Below, in pieces: positions 49,549 to 63,043 of a stretch of DNA of 64,000 bases; position 1 is the first letter of the stretch, and each line of letters opens with the position of its first letter. Below the pieces are notes generated by a model. It worked only from the letters and a program-made list of their open reading frames with translations. It made no database searches and was not told where the DNA came from. The DNA is from Schmidtea nova (lineage: Eukaryota). The DNA is taken from assembly GCA_044892505.1 (NCBI GenBank), contig CM097883.1, positions 351,912,001 through 351,976,000 on the forward strand, read 5' to 3'. Both the position numbers and the translations under genes were made by a program.

Positions 49549-50310
49549 GATGACATTTTCCATCTTCACAAACAACAAAAGATAACCATCCGTCACTAGA
49601 CAACACGACAGACTGATTCCGATGCAAAATGAGAATAAAATGCAAAGATTTTCACAAATTCTAATGAAGAGTAAAATCCTCAAAATGTCAAATACTGTAC
49701 TTCTGACTTAATGTATGTCAAAACATGGCTTGCTCGAGTAGAGTCTGGAGCTTTAGATGGCAGATGGACATACAAAGCTAAAAGATTTTAAAGTAAAAAA
49801 ATAAAAGTCTTAGAAAAATTTCAAGAAATTTTGAATTTCCTAAAGACTTTCTTTAATTTTATATAATAGTCAAATGTTAAAACTGCACAATAATTACAAA
49901 TATTTATACAATGATGGTAAGAGACTTAAATTCTCTAGACGTTGATACATATTTTTGTTATTACTAGTAAATATACTAAAGATATTTACAGATCAAACTT
50001 TTAAAAATAAAAAGATATTTGGTGAATATTACATTTTAATCTAATAGCAATAATTTATACTCTTTTGAAATAAGCAAAAATATTTCTGAAAAATGATATT
50101 TATATCAATGTATTTACAAATAAAAAATATAAAAACATTATTATTATTATTTATATTTATATTTTCTTTTATTGTCTTATCTTTATTATCGCAATTTAAA
50201 GTTTAATATGTTGAAAAATATATAATTCCGGATTTAAGATTTCCTTATATAAATATTTATTTTTAAATTGTTCTAATATAAATAATTATTTATCATAAAA
50301 CTATACCCTA

Positions 50311-50607
50311 ATGTGTGAAAAAAAGCCAAGTAACCTCTATAAAAGTTCGACAATCATTGAAGCACAAAGAAAAGCTCTTGAAATATTGAATTCTAAATCA
50401 ACTTCTAAAGAAATAGTATTCAGAGATTCAGAAGGCCAATCTACAAGCCTTGATGCTTATATATTGGAAGCATCTGCAACAACCGGACAAACCAGTGAAG
50501 CGTATAGAGAGAATATGTTTTTGTTCTTCACTATATTTTCAGATACGCAAAGAAGAATGGAAAAACCTAATGAAAATATATTAAAACTATCAAATGACAA
50601 TAACTAA
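50311..50607 (+). CDS. Hypothetical 98-aa ORF, copy 48
   Basis: ORF track; repeat copy. Confidence 0.45.
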   Translation: MCEKKPSNLYKSSTIIEAQRKALEILNSKSTSKEIVFRDSEGQSTSLDAYILEASATTGQTSEAYRENMFLFFTIFSDTQRRMEKPNENILKLSNDNN

Positions 50608-51369
50608 GATGACATTTTCCATCTTCACAAACAACAAAAGATAACCATCCGTCACTAGACAACACGACAGACTGATTCCGATGCAAAATGAGAATAAAAT
50701 GCAAAGATTTTCACAAATTCTAATGAAGAGTAAAATCCTCAAAATGTCAAATACTGTACTTCTGACTTAATGTATGTCAAAACATGGCTTGCTCGAGTAG
50801 AGTCTGGAGCTTTAGATGGCAGATGGACATACAAAGCTAAAAGATTTTAAAGTAAAAAAATAAAAGTCTTAGAAAAATTTCAAGAAATTTTGAATTTCCT
50901 AAAGACTTTCTTTAATTTTATATAATAGTCAAATGTTAAAACTGCACAATAATTACAAATATTTATACAATGATGGTAAGAGACTTAAATTCTCTAGACG
51001 TTGATACATATTTTTGTTATTACTAGTAAATATACTAAAGATATTTACAGATCAAACTTTTAAAAATAAAAAGATATTTGGTGAATATTACATTTTAATC
51101 TAATAGCAATAATTTATACTCTTTTGAAATAAGCAAAAATATTTCTGAAAAATGATATTTATATCAATGTATTTACAAATAAAAAATATAAAAACATTAT
51201 TATTATTATTTATATTTATATTTTCTTTTATTGTCTTATCTTTATTATCGCAATTTAAAGTTTAATATGTTGAAAAATATATAATTCCGGATTTAAGATT
51301 TCCTTATATAAATATTTATTTTTAAATTGTTCTAATATAAATAATTATTTATCATAAAACTATACCCTA

Positions 51370-51666
51370 ATGTGTGAAAAAAAGCCAAGTAACCTCTATA
51401 AAAGTTCGACAATCATTGAAGCACAAAGAAAAGCTCTTGAAATATTGAATTCTAAATCAACTTCTAAAGAAATAGTATTCAGAGATTCAGAAGGCCAATC
51501 TACAAGCCTTGATGCTTATATATTGGAAGCATCTGCAACAACCGGACAAACCAGTGAAGCGTATAGAGAGAATATGTTTTTGTTCTTCACTATATTTTCA
51601 GATACGCAAAGAAGAATGGAAAAACCTAATGAAAATATATTAAAACTATCAAATGACAATAACTAA
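51370..51666 (+). CDS. Hypothetical 98-aa ORF, copy 49
   Basis: ORF track; repeat copy. Confidence 0.45.
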   Translation: MCEKKPSNLYKSSTIIEAQRKALEILNSKSTSKEIVFRDSEGQSTSLDAYILEASATTGQTSEAYRENMFLFFTIFSDTQRRMEKPNENILKLSNDNN

Positions 51667-52431
51667 GATGACATTTTCCATCTTCACAAACAACAAAAGA
51701 TAACCATCCGTCACTAGACAACACGACAGACTGATTCCGATGCAAAATGAGAATAAAATGCAAAGATTTTCACAAATTCTAATGAAGAGTAAAATCCTCA
51801 AAATGTCAAATACTGTACTTCTGACTTAATGTATGTCAAAACATGGCTTGCTCGAGTAGAGTCTGGAGCTTTAGATGGCAGATGGACATACAAAGCTAAA
51901 AGATTTTAAAGTAAAAAAATAAAAGTCTTAGAAAAATTTCAAGAAATTTTGAATTTCCTAAAGACTTTCTTTAATTTTATATAATAGTCAAATGTTAAAA
52001 CTGCACAATAATTACAAATATTTATACAATGATGGTAAGAGACTTAAATTCTCTAGACGTTGATACATATTTTTGTTATTACTAGTAAATATACTAAAGA
52101 TATTTACAGATCAAACTTTTAAAAATAAAAAGATATTTGGTGAATATTACATTTTAATCTAATAGCAATAATTTATACTCTTTTGAAATAAGCAAAAATA
52201 TTTCTGAAAAATGATATTTATATCAATGTATTTACAAATAAAAAATATAAAAACATTATTATTATTATTATTTATATTTATATTTTCTTTTATTGTCTTA
52301 TCATTATTATCGCAATTTAAAGTTTAATATGTTGAAAAATATATAATTCCGGATTTAAGATTTCCTTATATAAATATTTATTTTTAAATTGTTCTAATAT
52401 AAATAATTATTTATCATAAAACTATAAACTA

Positions 52432-52728
52432 ATGTGTGAAAAAAAGCCAAGTAACCTCTATAAAAGTTCGACAATCATTGAAGCACAAAGAAAAGCTCTT
52501 GAAATATTGAATTCTAAATCAACTTCTAAAGAAATAGTATTCAGAGATTCAGAAGGCCAATCTACAAGCCTTGATGCTTATATATTGGAAGCATCTGCAA
52601 CAACCGGACAAACCAGTGAAGCGTATAGAGAGAATATGTTTTTGTTCTTCACTATATTTTCAGATACGCAAAGAAGAATGGAAAAACCTAATGAAAATAT
52701 ATTAAAACTATCAAATGACAATAACTAA
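52432..52728 (+). CDS. Hypothetical 98-aa ORF, copy 50
   Basis: ORF track; repeat copy. Confidence 0.45.
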   Translation: MCEKKPSNLYKSSTIIEAQRKALEILNSKSTSKEIVFRDSEGQSTSLDAYILEASATTGQTSEAYRENMFLFFTIFSDTQRRMEKPNENILKLSNDNN

Positions 52729-53490
52729 GATGACATTTTCCATCTTCACAAACAACAAAAGATAACCATCCGTCACTAGACAACACGACAGACTGATTCC
52801 GATGCAAAATGAGAATAAAATGCAAAGATTTTCACAAATTCTAATGAAGAGTAAAATCCTCAAAATGTCAAATACTGTACTTCTGACTTAATGTATGTCA
52901 AAACATGGCTTGCTCGAGTAGAGTCTGGAGCTTTAGATGGCAGATGGACATACAAAGCTAAAAGATTTTAAAGTAAAAAAATAAAAGTCTTAGAAAAATT
53001 TCAAGAAATTTTGAATTTCCTAAAGACTTTCTTTAATTTTATATAATAGTCAAATGTTAAAACTGCACAATAATTACAAATATTTATACAATGATGGTAA
53101 GAGACTTAAATTCTCTAGACGTTGATACATATTTTTGTTATTACTAGTAAATATACTAAAGATATTTACAGATCAAACTTTTAAAAATAAAAAGATATTT
53201 GGTGAATATTACATTTTAATCTAATAGCAATAATTTATACTCTTTTGAAATAAGCAAAAATATTTCTGAAAAATGATATTTATATCAATGTATTTACAAA
53301 TAAAAAATATAAAAACATTATTATTATTATTTATATTTATATTTTCGTTTATTGTCTTATCTTTATTATCGCAATTTAAAGTTTAATATGTTGAAAAATA
53401 TATAATTCCGGATTTAAGATTTCCTTATATAAATATTTATTTTTAAATTGTTCTAATATAAATAATTATTTATCATAAAACTATACCCTA

Positions 53491-53787
53491 ATGTGTGAAA
53501 AAAAGCCAAGTAACCTCTATAAAAGTTCGACAATTATTGAAGCACAAAGAAAAGCTCTTGAAATATTGAATTCTAAATCAACTTCTAAAGAAATAGTATT
53601 CAGAGATTCAGAAGGCCAATCTACAAGCCTTGATGCTTATATATTGGAAGCATCTGCAACAACCGGACAAACCAGTGAAGCGTATAGAGAGAATATGTTT
53701 TTGTTCTTCACTATATTTTCAGATACGCAAAGAAGAATGGAAAAACCTAATGAAAATATATTAAAACTATCAAATGACAATAACTAA
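53491..53787 (+). CDS. Hypothetical 98-aa ORF, copy 51
   Basis: ORF track; repeat copy. Confidence 0.45.
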   Translation: MCEKKPSNLYKSSTIIEAQRKALEILNSKSTSKEIVFRDSEGQSTSLDAYILEASATTGQTSEAYRENMFLFFTIFSDTQRRMEKPNENILKLSNDNN

Positions 53788-54552
53788 GATGACATTTTCC
53801 ATCTTCACAAACAACAAAAGATAACCATCCGTCACTAGACAACACGACAGACTGATTCCGATGCAAAATGAGAATAAAATGCAAAGATTTTCACAAATTC
53901 TAATGAAGAGTAAAATCCTCAAAATGTCAAATACTGTACTTCTGACTTAATGTATGTCAAAACATGGCTTGCTCGAGTAGAGTCTGGAGCTTTAGATGGC
54001 AGATGGACATACAAAGCTAAAAGATTTTAAAGTAAAAAAATAAAAGTCTTAGAAAAATTTCAAGAAATTTTGAATTTCCTAAAGACTTTCTTTAATTTTA
54101 TATAATATTCAAATGTTAAAACTGCACAATAATTACAAATATTTATACAATGATGGTAAGAGACTTAAATTCTCTAGACGTTGATACATATTTTTGTTAT
54201 TACTAGTAAATATACTAAAGATATTTACAGATCAAACTTTTAAAAATAAAAAGATATTTGGTGAATATAACATTTTAATCTAATAGCAATAATTTATACT
54301 CTTTTGAAATAAGCAAAAATATTTCTGAAAAATGATATTTATATCAATGTATTTACAAATAAAAAATATAAAAACATTATTATTATTATTATTTATATTT
54401 ATATTTTCTTTTATTGTCTTATCATTATTATCGCAATTTAAAGTTTAATATGTTGAAAAATATATAATTCCGGATTTAAGATTTCCTTATATAAATATTT
54501 ATTTTTAAATTGTTCTAATATAAATAATTATTTATCATAAAACTATAAACTA

Positions 54553-54849
54553 ATGTGTGAAAAAAAGCCAAGTAACCTCTATAAAAGTTCGACAATCATT
54601 GAAGCACAAAGAAAAGCTCTTGAAATATTGAATTCTAAATCAACTTCTAAAGAAATAGTATTCAGAGATTCAGAAGGCCAATCTACAAGCCTTGATGCTT
54701 ATATATTGGAAGCATCTGCAACAACCGGACAAACCAGTGAAGCGTATAGAGAGAATATGTTTTTGTTCTTCACTATATTTTCAGATACGCAAAGAAGAAT
54801 GGAAAAACCTAATGAAAATATATTAAAACTATCAAATGACAATAACTAA
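54553..54849 (+). CDS. Hypothetical 98-aa ORF, copy 52
   Basis: ORF track; repeat copy. Confidence 0.45.
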   Translation: MCEKKPSNLYKSSTIIEAQRKALEILNSKSTSKEIVFRDSEGQSTSLDAYILEASATTGQTSEAYRENMFLFFTIFSDTQRRMEKPNENILKLSNDNN

Positions 54850-55612
54850 GATGACATTTTCCATCTTCACAAGCAACAAAAGATAACCATCCGTCACTAG
54901 ACAACACGACAGACTGATTCCGATGCAAAATGAGAATAAAATGCAAAGATTTTCACAAATTCTAATGAAGAGTAAAATCCTCAAAATGTCAAATACTGTA
55001 CTTCTGACTTAATGTATGTCAAAACATGGCTTGCTCGAGTAGAGTCTGGAGCTTTAGATGGCAGATGGACATACAAAGCTAAAAGATTTTAAAGTAAAAA
55101 AATATAAAGTCTTAGAAAAATTTCAAGAAATTTTGAATTTCCTAAAGACTTTCTTTAATTTTATATAATAGTCAAATGTTAAAACTGCACAATAATTACA
55201 AATATTTATACAATGATGGTAAGAGACTTAAATTCTCTAGACGTTGATACATATTTTTGTTATTACTAGTAAATATACTAAAGATATTTACAGATCAAAC
55301 TTTTAAAAATAAAAAGATATTTGGTGAATATTACATTTTAATCTAATAGCAATAATTTATACTCTTTTGAAATAAGCAAAAATATTTCTGAAAAATGATA
55401 TTTATATCAATGTATTTACAAATAAAAAATATAAAAACATTATTATTATTATTTATATTTATATTTTCTTTTATTGTCTTATCTTTATTATCGCAATTTA
55501 AAGTTTAATATGTTGAAAAATATATAATTCCGGATTTAAGATTTCCTTATATAAATATTTATTTTTAAATTGTTCTAATATAAATAATTATTTATCATAA
55601 AACTATACCCTA

Positions 55613-55909
55613 ATGTGTGAAAAAAAGCCAAGTAACCTCTATAAAAGTTCGACAATCATTGAAGCACAAAGAAAAGCTCTTGAAATATTGAATTCTAAAT
55701 CAACTTCTAAAGAAATAGTATTCAGAGATTCAGAAGGCCAATCTACAAGCCTTGATGCTTATATATTGGAAGCATCTGCAACAACCGGACAAACCAGTGA
55801 AGCGTATAGAGAGAATATGTTTTTGTTCTTCACTATATTTTCAGATACGCAAAGAAGAATGGAAAAACCTAATGAAAATATATTAAAACTATCAAATGAC
55901 AATAACTAA
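55613..55909 (+). CDS. Hypothetical 98-aa ORF, copy 53
   Basis: ORF track; repeat copy. Confidence 0.45.
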   Translation: MCEKKPSNLYKSSTIIEAQRKALEILNSKSTSKEIVFRDSEGQSTSLDAYILEASATTGQTSEAYRENMFLFFTIFSDTQRRMEKPNENILKLSNDNN

Positions 55910-56671
55910 GATGACATTTTCCATCTTCACAAACAACAAAAGATAACCATCCGTCACTAGACAACACGACAGACTGATTCCGATGCAAAATGAGAATAAA
56001 ATGCAAAGATTTTCACAAATTCTAATGAAGAGTAAAATCCTCAAAATGTCAAATACTGTACTTCTGACTTAATGTATGTCAAAACATGGCTTGCTCGAGT
56101 AGAGTCTGGAGCTTTAGATGGCAGATGGACATACAAAGCTAAAAGATTTTAAAGTAAAAAAATAAAAGTCTTAGAAAAATTTCAAGAAATTTTGAATTTC
56201 CTAAAGACTTTCTTTAATTTTATATAATAGTCAAATGTTAAAACTGCACAATAATTACAAATATTTATACAATGATGGTAAGAGACTTAAATTCTCTAGA
56301 CGTTGATACATATTTTTGTTATTACTAGTAAATATACTAAAGATATTTACAGATCAAACTTTTAAAAATAAAAAGATATTTGGTGAATATTACATTTTAA
56401 TCTAATAGCAATAATTTATACTCTTTTGAAATAAGCAAAAATATTTCTGAAAAATGATATTTATATCAATGTATTTACAAATAAAAAATATAAAAACATT
56501 ATTATTATTATTTATATTTATATTTTCTTTTATTGTCTTATCTTTATTATCGCAATTTAAAGTTTAATATGTTGAAAAATATATAATTCCGGATTTAAGA
56601 TTTCCTTATATAAATATTTATTTTTAAATTGTTCTAATATAAATAATTATTTATCATAAAACTATACCCTA

Positions 56672-56968
56672 ATGTGTGAAAAAAAGCCAAGTAACCTCTA
56701 TAAAAGTTCGACAATCATTGAAGCACAAAGAAAAGCTCTTGAAATATTGAATTCTAAATCAACTTCTAAAGAAATAGTATTCAGAGATTCAGAAGGCCAA
56801 TCTACAAGCCTTGATGCTTATATATTGGAAGCATCTGCAACAACCGGACAAACCAGTGAAGCGTATAGAGAGAATATGTTTTTGTTCTTCACTATATTTT
56901 CAGATACGCAAAGAAGAATGGAAAAACCTAATGAAAATATATTAAAACTATCAAATGACAATAACTAA
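56672..56968 (+). CDS. Hypothetical 98-aa ORF, copy 54
   Basis: ORF track; repeat copy. Confidence 0.45.
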   Translation: MCEKKPSNLYKSSTIIEAQRKALEILNSKSTSKEIVFRDSEGQSTSLDAYILEASATTGQTSEAYRENMFLFFTIFSDTQRRMEKPNENILKLSNDNN

Positions 56969-57730
56969 GATGACATTTTCCATCTTCACAAACAACAAAA
57001 GATAACCATCCGTCACTAGACAACACGACAGACTGATTCCGATGCAAAATGAGAATAAAATGCAAAGATTTTCACAAATTCTAATGAAGAGTAAAATCCT
57101 CAAAATGTCAAATACTGTACTTCTGACTTAATGTATGTCAAAACATGGCTTGCTCGAGTAGAGTCTGGAGCTTTAGATGGCAGATGGACATACAAAGCTA
57201 AAAGATTTTAAAGTAAAAAAATAAAAGTCTTAGAAAAATTTCAAGAAATTTTGAATTTCCTAAAGACTTTCTTTAATTTTATATAATAGTCAAATGTTAA
57301 AACTGCACAATAATTACAAATATTTATACAATGATGGTAAGAGACTTAAATTCTCTAGACGTTGATACATATTTTTGTTATTACTAGTAAATATACTAAA
57401 GATATTTACAGATCAAACTTTTAAAAATAAAAAGATATTTGGTGAATATTACATTTTAATCTAATAGCAATAATTTATACTCTTTTGAAATAAGCAAAAA
57501 TATTTCTGAAAAATGATATTTATATCAATGTATTTACAAATAAAAAATATAAAAACATTATTATTATTATTTATATTTATATTTTCTTTTATTGTCTTAT
57601 CTTTATTATCGCAATTTAAAGTTTAATATGTTGAAAAATATATAATTCCGGATTTAAGATTTCCTTATATAAATATTTATTTTTAAATTGTTCTAATATA
57701 AATAATTATTTATCATAAAACTATACCCTA

Positions 57731-58027
57731 ATGTGTGAAAAAAAGCCAAGTAACCTCTATAAAAGTTCGACAATCATTGAAGCACAAAGAAAAGCTCTTG
57801 AAATATTGAATTCTAAATCAACTTCTAAAGAAATAGTATTCAGAGATTCAGAAGGCCAATCTACAAGCCTTGATGCTTATATATTGGAAGCATCTGCAAC
57901 AACCGGACAAACCAGTGAAGCGTATAGAGAGAATATGTTTTTGTTCTTCACTATATTTTCAGATACGCAAAGAAGAATGGAAAAACCTAATGAAAATATA
58001 TTAAAACTATCAAATGACAATAACTAA
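57731..58027 (+). CDS. Hypothetical 98-aa ORF, copy 55
   Basis: ORF track; repeat copy. Confidence 0.45.
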   Translation: MCEKKPSNLYKSSTIIEAQRKALEILNSKSTSKEIVFRDSEGQSTSLDAYILEASATTGQTSEAYRENMFLFFTIFSDTQRRMEKPNENILKLSNDNN

Positions 58028-58789
58028 GATGACATTTTCCATCTTCACAAACAACAAAAGATAACCATCCGTCACTAGACAACACGACAGACTGATTCCG
58101 ATGCAAAATGAGAATAAAATGCAAAGATTTTCACAAATTCTAATGAAGAGTAAAATCCTCAAAATGTCAAATACTGTACTTCTGACTTAATGTATGTCAA
58201 AACATGGCTTGCTCGAGTAGAGTCTGGAGCTTTAGATGGCAGATGGACATACAAAGCTAAAAGATTTTAAAGTAAAAAAATAAAAGTCTTAGAAAAATTT
58301 CAAGAAATTTTGAATTTCCTAAAGACTTTCTTTAATTTTATATAATAGTCAAATGTTAAAACTGCACAATAATTACAAATATTTATACAATGATGGTAAG
58401 AGACTTAAATTCTCTAGACGTTGATACATATTTTTGTTATTACTAGTAAATATACTAAAGATATTTACAGATCAAACTTTTAAAAATAAAAAGATATTTG
58501 GTGAATATTACATTTTAATCTAATAGCAATAATTTATACTCTTTTGAAATAAGCAAAAATATTTCTGAAAAATGATATTTATATCAATGTATTTACAAAT
58601 AAAAAATATAAAAACATTATTATTATTATTTATATTTATATTTTCTTTTATTGTCTTATCTTTATTATCGCAATTTAAAGTTTAATATGTTGAAAAATAT
58701 ATAATTCCGGATTTAAGATTTCCTTATATAAATATTTATTTTTAAATTGTTCTAATATAAATAATTATTTATCATAAAACTATACCCTA

Positions 58790-59086
58790 ATGTGTGAAAA
58801 AAAGCCAAGTAACCTCTATAAAAGTTCGACAATCATTGAAGCACAAAGAAAAGCTCTTGAAATATTGAATTCTAAATCAACTTCTAAAGAAATAGTATTC
58901 AGAGATTCAGAAGGCCAATCTACAAGCCTTGATGCTTATATATTGGAAGCATCTGCAACAACCGGACAAACCAGTGAAGCGTATAGAGAGAATATGTTTT
59001 TGTTCTTCACTATATTTTCAGATACGCAAAGAAGAATGGAAAAACCTAATGAAAATATATTAAAACTATCAAATGACAATAACTAA
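58790..59086 (+). CDS. Hypothetical 98-aa ORF, copy 56
   Basis: ORF track; repeat copy. Confidence 0.45.
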   Translation: MCEKKPSNLYKSSTIIEAQRKALEILNSKSTSKEIVFRDSEGQSTSLDAYILEASATTGQTSEAYRENMFLFFTIFSDTQRRMEKPNENILKLSNDNN

Positions 59087-59854
59087 GATGACATTTTCCA
59101 TCTTCACAAACAACAAAAGATAACCATCCGTCACTAGACAACACGACAGACTGATTCCGATGCAAAATGAGAATAAAATGCAAAGATTTTCACAAATTCT
59201 AATGAAGAGTAAAATCCTCAAAATGTCAAATACTGTACTTCTGACTTAATGTATGTCAAAACATGGCTTGCTCGAGTAGAGTCTGGAGCTTTAGATGGCA
59301 GATGGACATACAAAGCTAAAAGATTTTAAAGTAAAAAAATAAAAGTCTTAGAAAAATTTCAAGAAATTTTGAATTTCCTAAAGACTTTCTTTAATTTTAT
59401 ATAATAGTCAAATGTTAAAACTGCACAATAATTACAAATATTTATACAATGATGGTAAGAGACTTAAATTCTCTAGACGTTGATACATATTTTTGTTATT
59501 ACTAGTAAATATACTAAAGATATTTACAGATCAAACTTTTAAAAATAAAAAGATATTTGGTGAATATTACATTTTAATCTAATAGCAATAATTTATACTC
59601 TTTTGAAATAAGCAAAAATATTTCTGAAAAATGATATTTATATCAATGTATTTACAAATAAAAAATATAAAAACATTATTATTATTATTATTATTTATAT
59701 TTATATTTTCTTTTATTGTCTTATCATTATTATCGCAATTTAAAGTTTAATATGTTGAAAAATATATAATTCCGGATTTAAGATTTCCTTATATAAATAT
59801 TTATTTTTAAATTGTTCTAATATAAATAATTATTTATCATAAAACTATACCCTA

Positions 59855-60151
59855 ATGTGTGAAAAAAAGCCAAGTAACCTCTATAAAAGTTCGACAATCA
59901 TTGAAGCACAAAGAAAAGCTCTTGAAATATTGAATTCTAAATCAACTTCTAAAGAAATAGTATTCAGAGATTCAGAAGGCCAATCTACAAGCCTTGATGC
60001 TTATATATTGGAAGCATCTGCAACAACCGGACAAACCAGTGAAGCGTATAGAGAGAATATGTTTTTGTTCTTCACTATATTTTCAGATACGCAAAGAAGA
60101 ATGGAAAAACCTAATGAAAATATATTAAAACTATCAAATGACAATAACTAA
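59855..60151 (+). CDS. Hypothetical 98-aa ORF, copy 57
   Basis: ORF track; repeat copy. Confidence 0.45.
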   Translation: MCEKKPSNLYKSSTIIEAQRKALEILNSKSTSKEIVFRDSEGQSTSLDAYILEASATTGQTSEAYRENMFLFFTIFSDTQRRMEKPNENILKLSNDNN

Positions 60152-60916
60152 GATGACATTTTCCATCTTCACAAACAACAAAAGATAACCATCCGTCACT
60201 AGACAACACGACAGACTGATTCCGATGCAAAATGAGAATAAAATGCAAAGATTTTCACAAATTCTAATGAAGAGTAAAATCCTCAAAATGTCAAATACTG
60301 TACTTCTGACTTAATGTATGTCAAAACATGGCTTGCTCGAGTAGAGTCTGGAGCTTTAGATGGCAGATGGACATACAAAGCTAAAAGATTTTAAAGTAAA
60401 AAAATAAAAGTCTTAGAAAAATTTCAAGAAATTTTGAATTTCCTAAAGACTTTCTTTAATTTTATATAATAGTCAAATGTTAAAACTGCACAATAATTAC
60501 AAATATTTATACAATGATGGTAAGAGACTTAAATTCTCTAGACGTTGATACATATTTTTGTTATTACTAGTAAATATACTAAAGATATTTACAGATCAAA
60601 CTTTTAAAAATAAAAAGATATTTGGTGAATATAACATTTTAATCTAATAGCAATAATTTATACTCTTTTGAAATAAGCAAAAATATTTCTGAAAAATGAT
60701 ATTTATATCAATGTATTTACAAATAAAAAATATAAAAACATTATTATTATTATTATTTATATTTATATTTTCTTTTATTGTCTTATCATTATTATCGCAA
60801 TTTAAAGTTTAATATGTTGAAAAATATATAATTCCGGATTTAAGATTTCCTTATATAAATATTTATTTTTAAATTGTTCTAATATAAATAATTATTTATC
60901 ATAAAACTATACCCTA

Positions 60917-61213
60917 ATGTGTGAAAAAAAGCCAAGTAACCTCTATAAAAGTTCGACAATCATTGAAGCACAAAGAAAAGCTCTTGAAATATTGAATTCT
61001 AAATCAACTTCTAAAGAAATAGTATTCAGAGATTCAGAAGGCCAATCTACAAGCCTTGATGCTTATATATTGGAAGCATCTGCAACAACCGGACAAACCA
61101 GTGAAGCGTATAGAGAGAATATGTTTTTGTTCTTCACTATATTTTCAGATACGCAAAGAAGAATGGAAAAACCTAATGAAAATATATTAAAACTATCAAA
61201 TGACAATAACTAA
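60917..61213 (+). CDS. Hypothetical 98-aa ORF, copy 58
   Basis: ORF track; repeat copy. Confidence 0.45.
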   Translation: MCEKKPSNLYKSSTIIEAQRKALEILNSKSTSKEIVFRDSEGQSTSLDAYILEASATTGQTSEAYRENMFLFFTIFSDTQRRMEKPNENILKLSNDNN

Positions 61214-61982
61214 GATGACATTTTCCATCTTCACAAACAACAAAAGATAACCATCCGTCACTAGACAACACGACAGACTGATTCCGATGCAAAATGAGAA
61301 TAAAATGCAAAGATTTTCACAAATTCTAATGAAGAGTAAAATCCTCAAAATGTCAAATACTGTACTTCTGACTTAATGTATGTCAAAACATGGCTTGCTC
61401 GAGTAGAGTCTGGAGCTTTAGATGGCAGATGGACATACAAAGCTAAAAGATTTTAAAGTAAAAAAATATAAAGTCTTAGAAAAATTTCAAGAAATTTTGA
61501 ATTTCCTAAAGACTTTCTTTAATTTTATATAATAGTCAAATGTTAAAACTGCACAATAATTACAAATATTTATACAATGATGGTAAGAGACTTAAATTCT
61601 CTAGACGTTGATACATATTTTTGTTATTACTAGTAAATATACTAAAGATATTTACAGATCAAACTTTTAAAAATAAAAAGATATTTGGTGAATATTACAT
61701 TTTAATCTAATAGCAATAATTTATACTCTTTTGAAATAAGCAAAAATATTTCTGAAAAATGATATTTATATCAATGTATTTACAAATAAAAAATATAAAA
61801 ACATTATTATTATTATTATTATTTATATTTATATTTTCTTTTATTGTCTTATCATTATTATCGCAATTTAAAGTTTAATATGTTGAAAAATATATAATTC
61901 CGGATTTAAGATTTCCTTATATAAATATTTATTTTTAAATTGTTCTAATATAAATAATTATTTATCATAAAACTATACCCTA

Positions 61983-62279
61983 ATGTGTGAAAAAAAGCCA
62001 AGTAACCTCTATAAAAGTTCGACAATCATTGAAGCACAAAGAAAAGCTCTTGAAATATTGAATTCTAAATCAACTTCTAAAGAAATAGTATTCAGAGATT
62101 CAGAAGGCCAATCTACAAGCCTTGATGCTTATATATTGGAAGCATCTGCAACAACCGGACAAACCAGTGAAGCGTATAGAGAGAATATGTTTTTGTTCTT
62201 CACTATATTTTCAGATACGCAAAGAAGAATGGAAAAACCTAATGAAAATATATTAAAACTATCAAATGACAATAACTAA
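61983..62279 (+). CDS. Hypothetical 98-aa ORF, copy 59
   Basis: ORF track; repeat copy. Confidence 0.45.
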   Translation: MCEKKPSNLYKSSTIIEAQRKALEILNSKSTSKEIVFRDSEGQSTSLDAYILEASATTGQTSEAYRENMFLFFTIFSDTQRRMEKPNENILKLSNDNN

Positions 62280-63043
62280 GATGACATTTTCCATCTTCAC
62301 AAACAACAAAAGATAACCATCCGTCACTAGACAACACGACAGACTGATTCCGATGCAAAATGAGAATAAAATGCAAAGATTTTCACAAATTCTAATGAAG
62401 AGTAAAATCCTCAAAATGTCAAATACTGTACTTCTGACTTAATGTATGTCAAAACATGGCTTGCTCGAGTAGAGTCTGGAGCTTTAGATGGCAGATGGAC
62501 ATACAAAGCTAAAAGATTTTAAAGTAAAAAAATAAAAGTCTTAGAAAAATTTCAAGAAATTTTGAATTTCCTAAAGACTTTCTTTAATTTTATATAATAG
62601 TCAAATGTTAAAACTGCACAATAATTACAAATATTTATACAATGATGGTAAGAGACTTAAATTCTCTAGACGTTGATACATATTTTTGTTATTACTAGTA
62701 AATATACTAAAGATATTTACAGATCAAACTTTTAAAAATAAAAAGATATTTGGTGATATAACATTTTAATCTAATAGCAATAATTTATACTCTTTTGAAA
62801 TAAGCAAAAATATTTCTGAAAAATGATATTTATATCAATGTATTTACAAATAAAAAATATAAAAACATTATTATTATTATTATTTATATTTATATTTTCT
62901 TTTATTGTCTTATCATTATTATCGCAATTTAAAGTTTAATATGTTGAAAAATATATAATTCCGGATTTAAGATTTCCTTATATAAATATTTATTTTTAAA
63001 TTGTTCTAATATAAATAATTATTTATCATAAAACTATACCCTA

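Larger units (their letters stand above)
45007..58630 (+). repeat. Higher-order 6-unit duplication, period 6361 bp
   Basis: Four rare variants pair at exactly 6361 bp: 46986/53347, 47174/53535, 47747/54108, 48512/54873. Confidence 0.9.
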
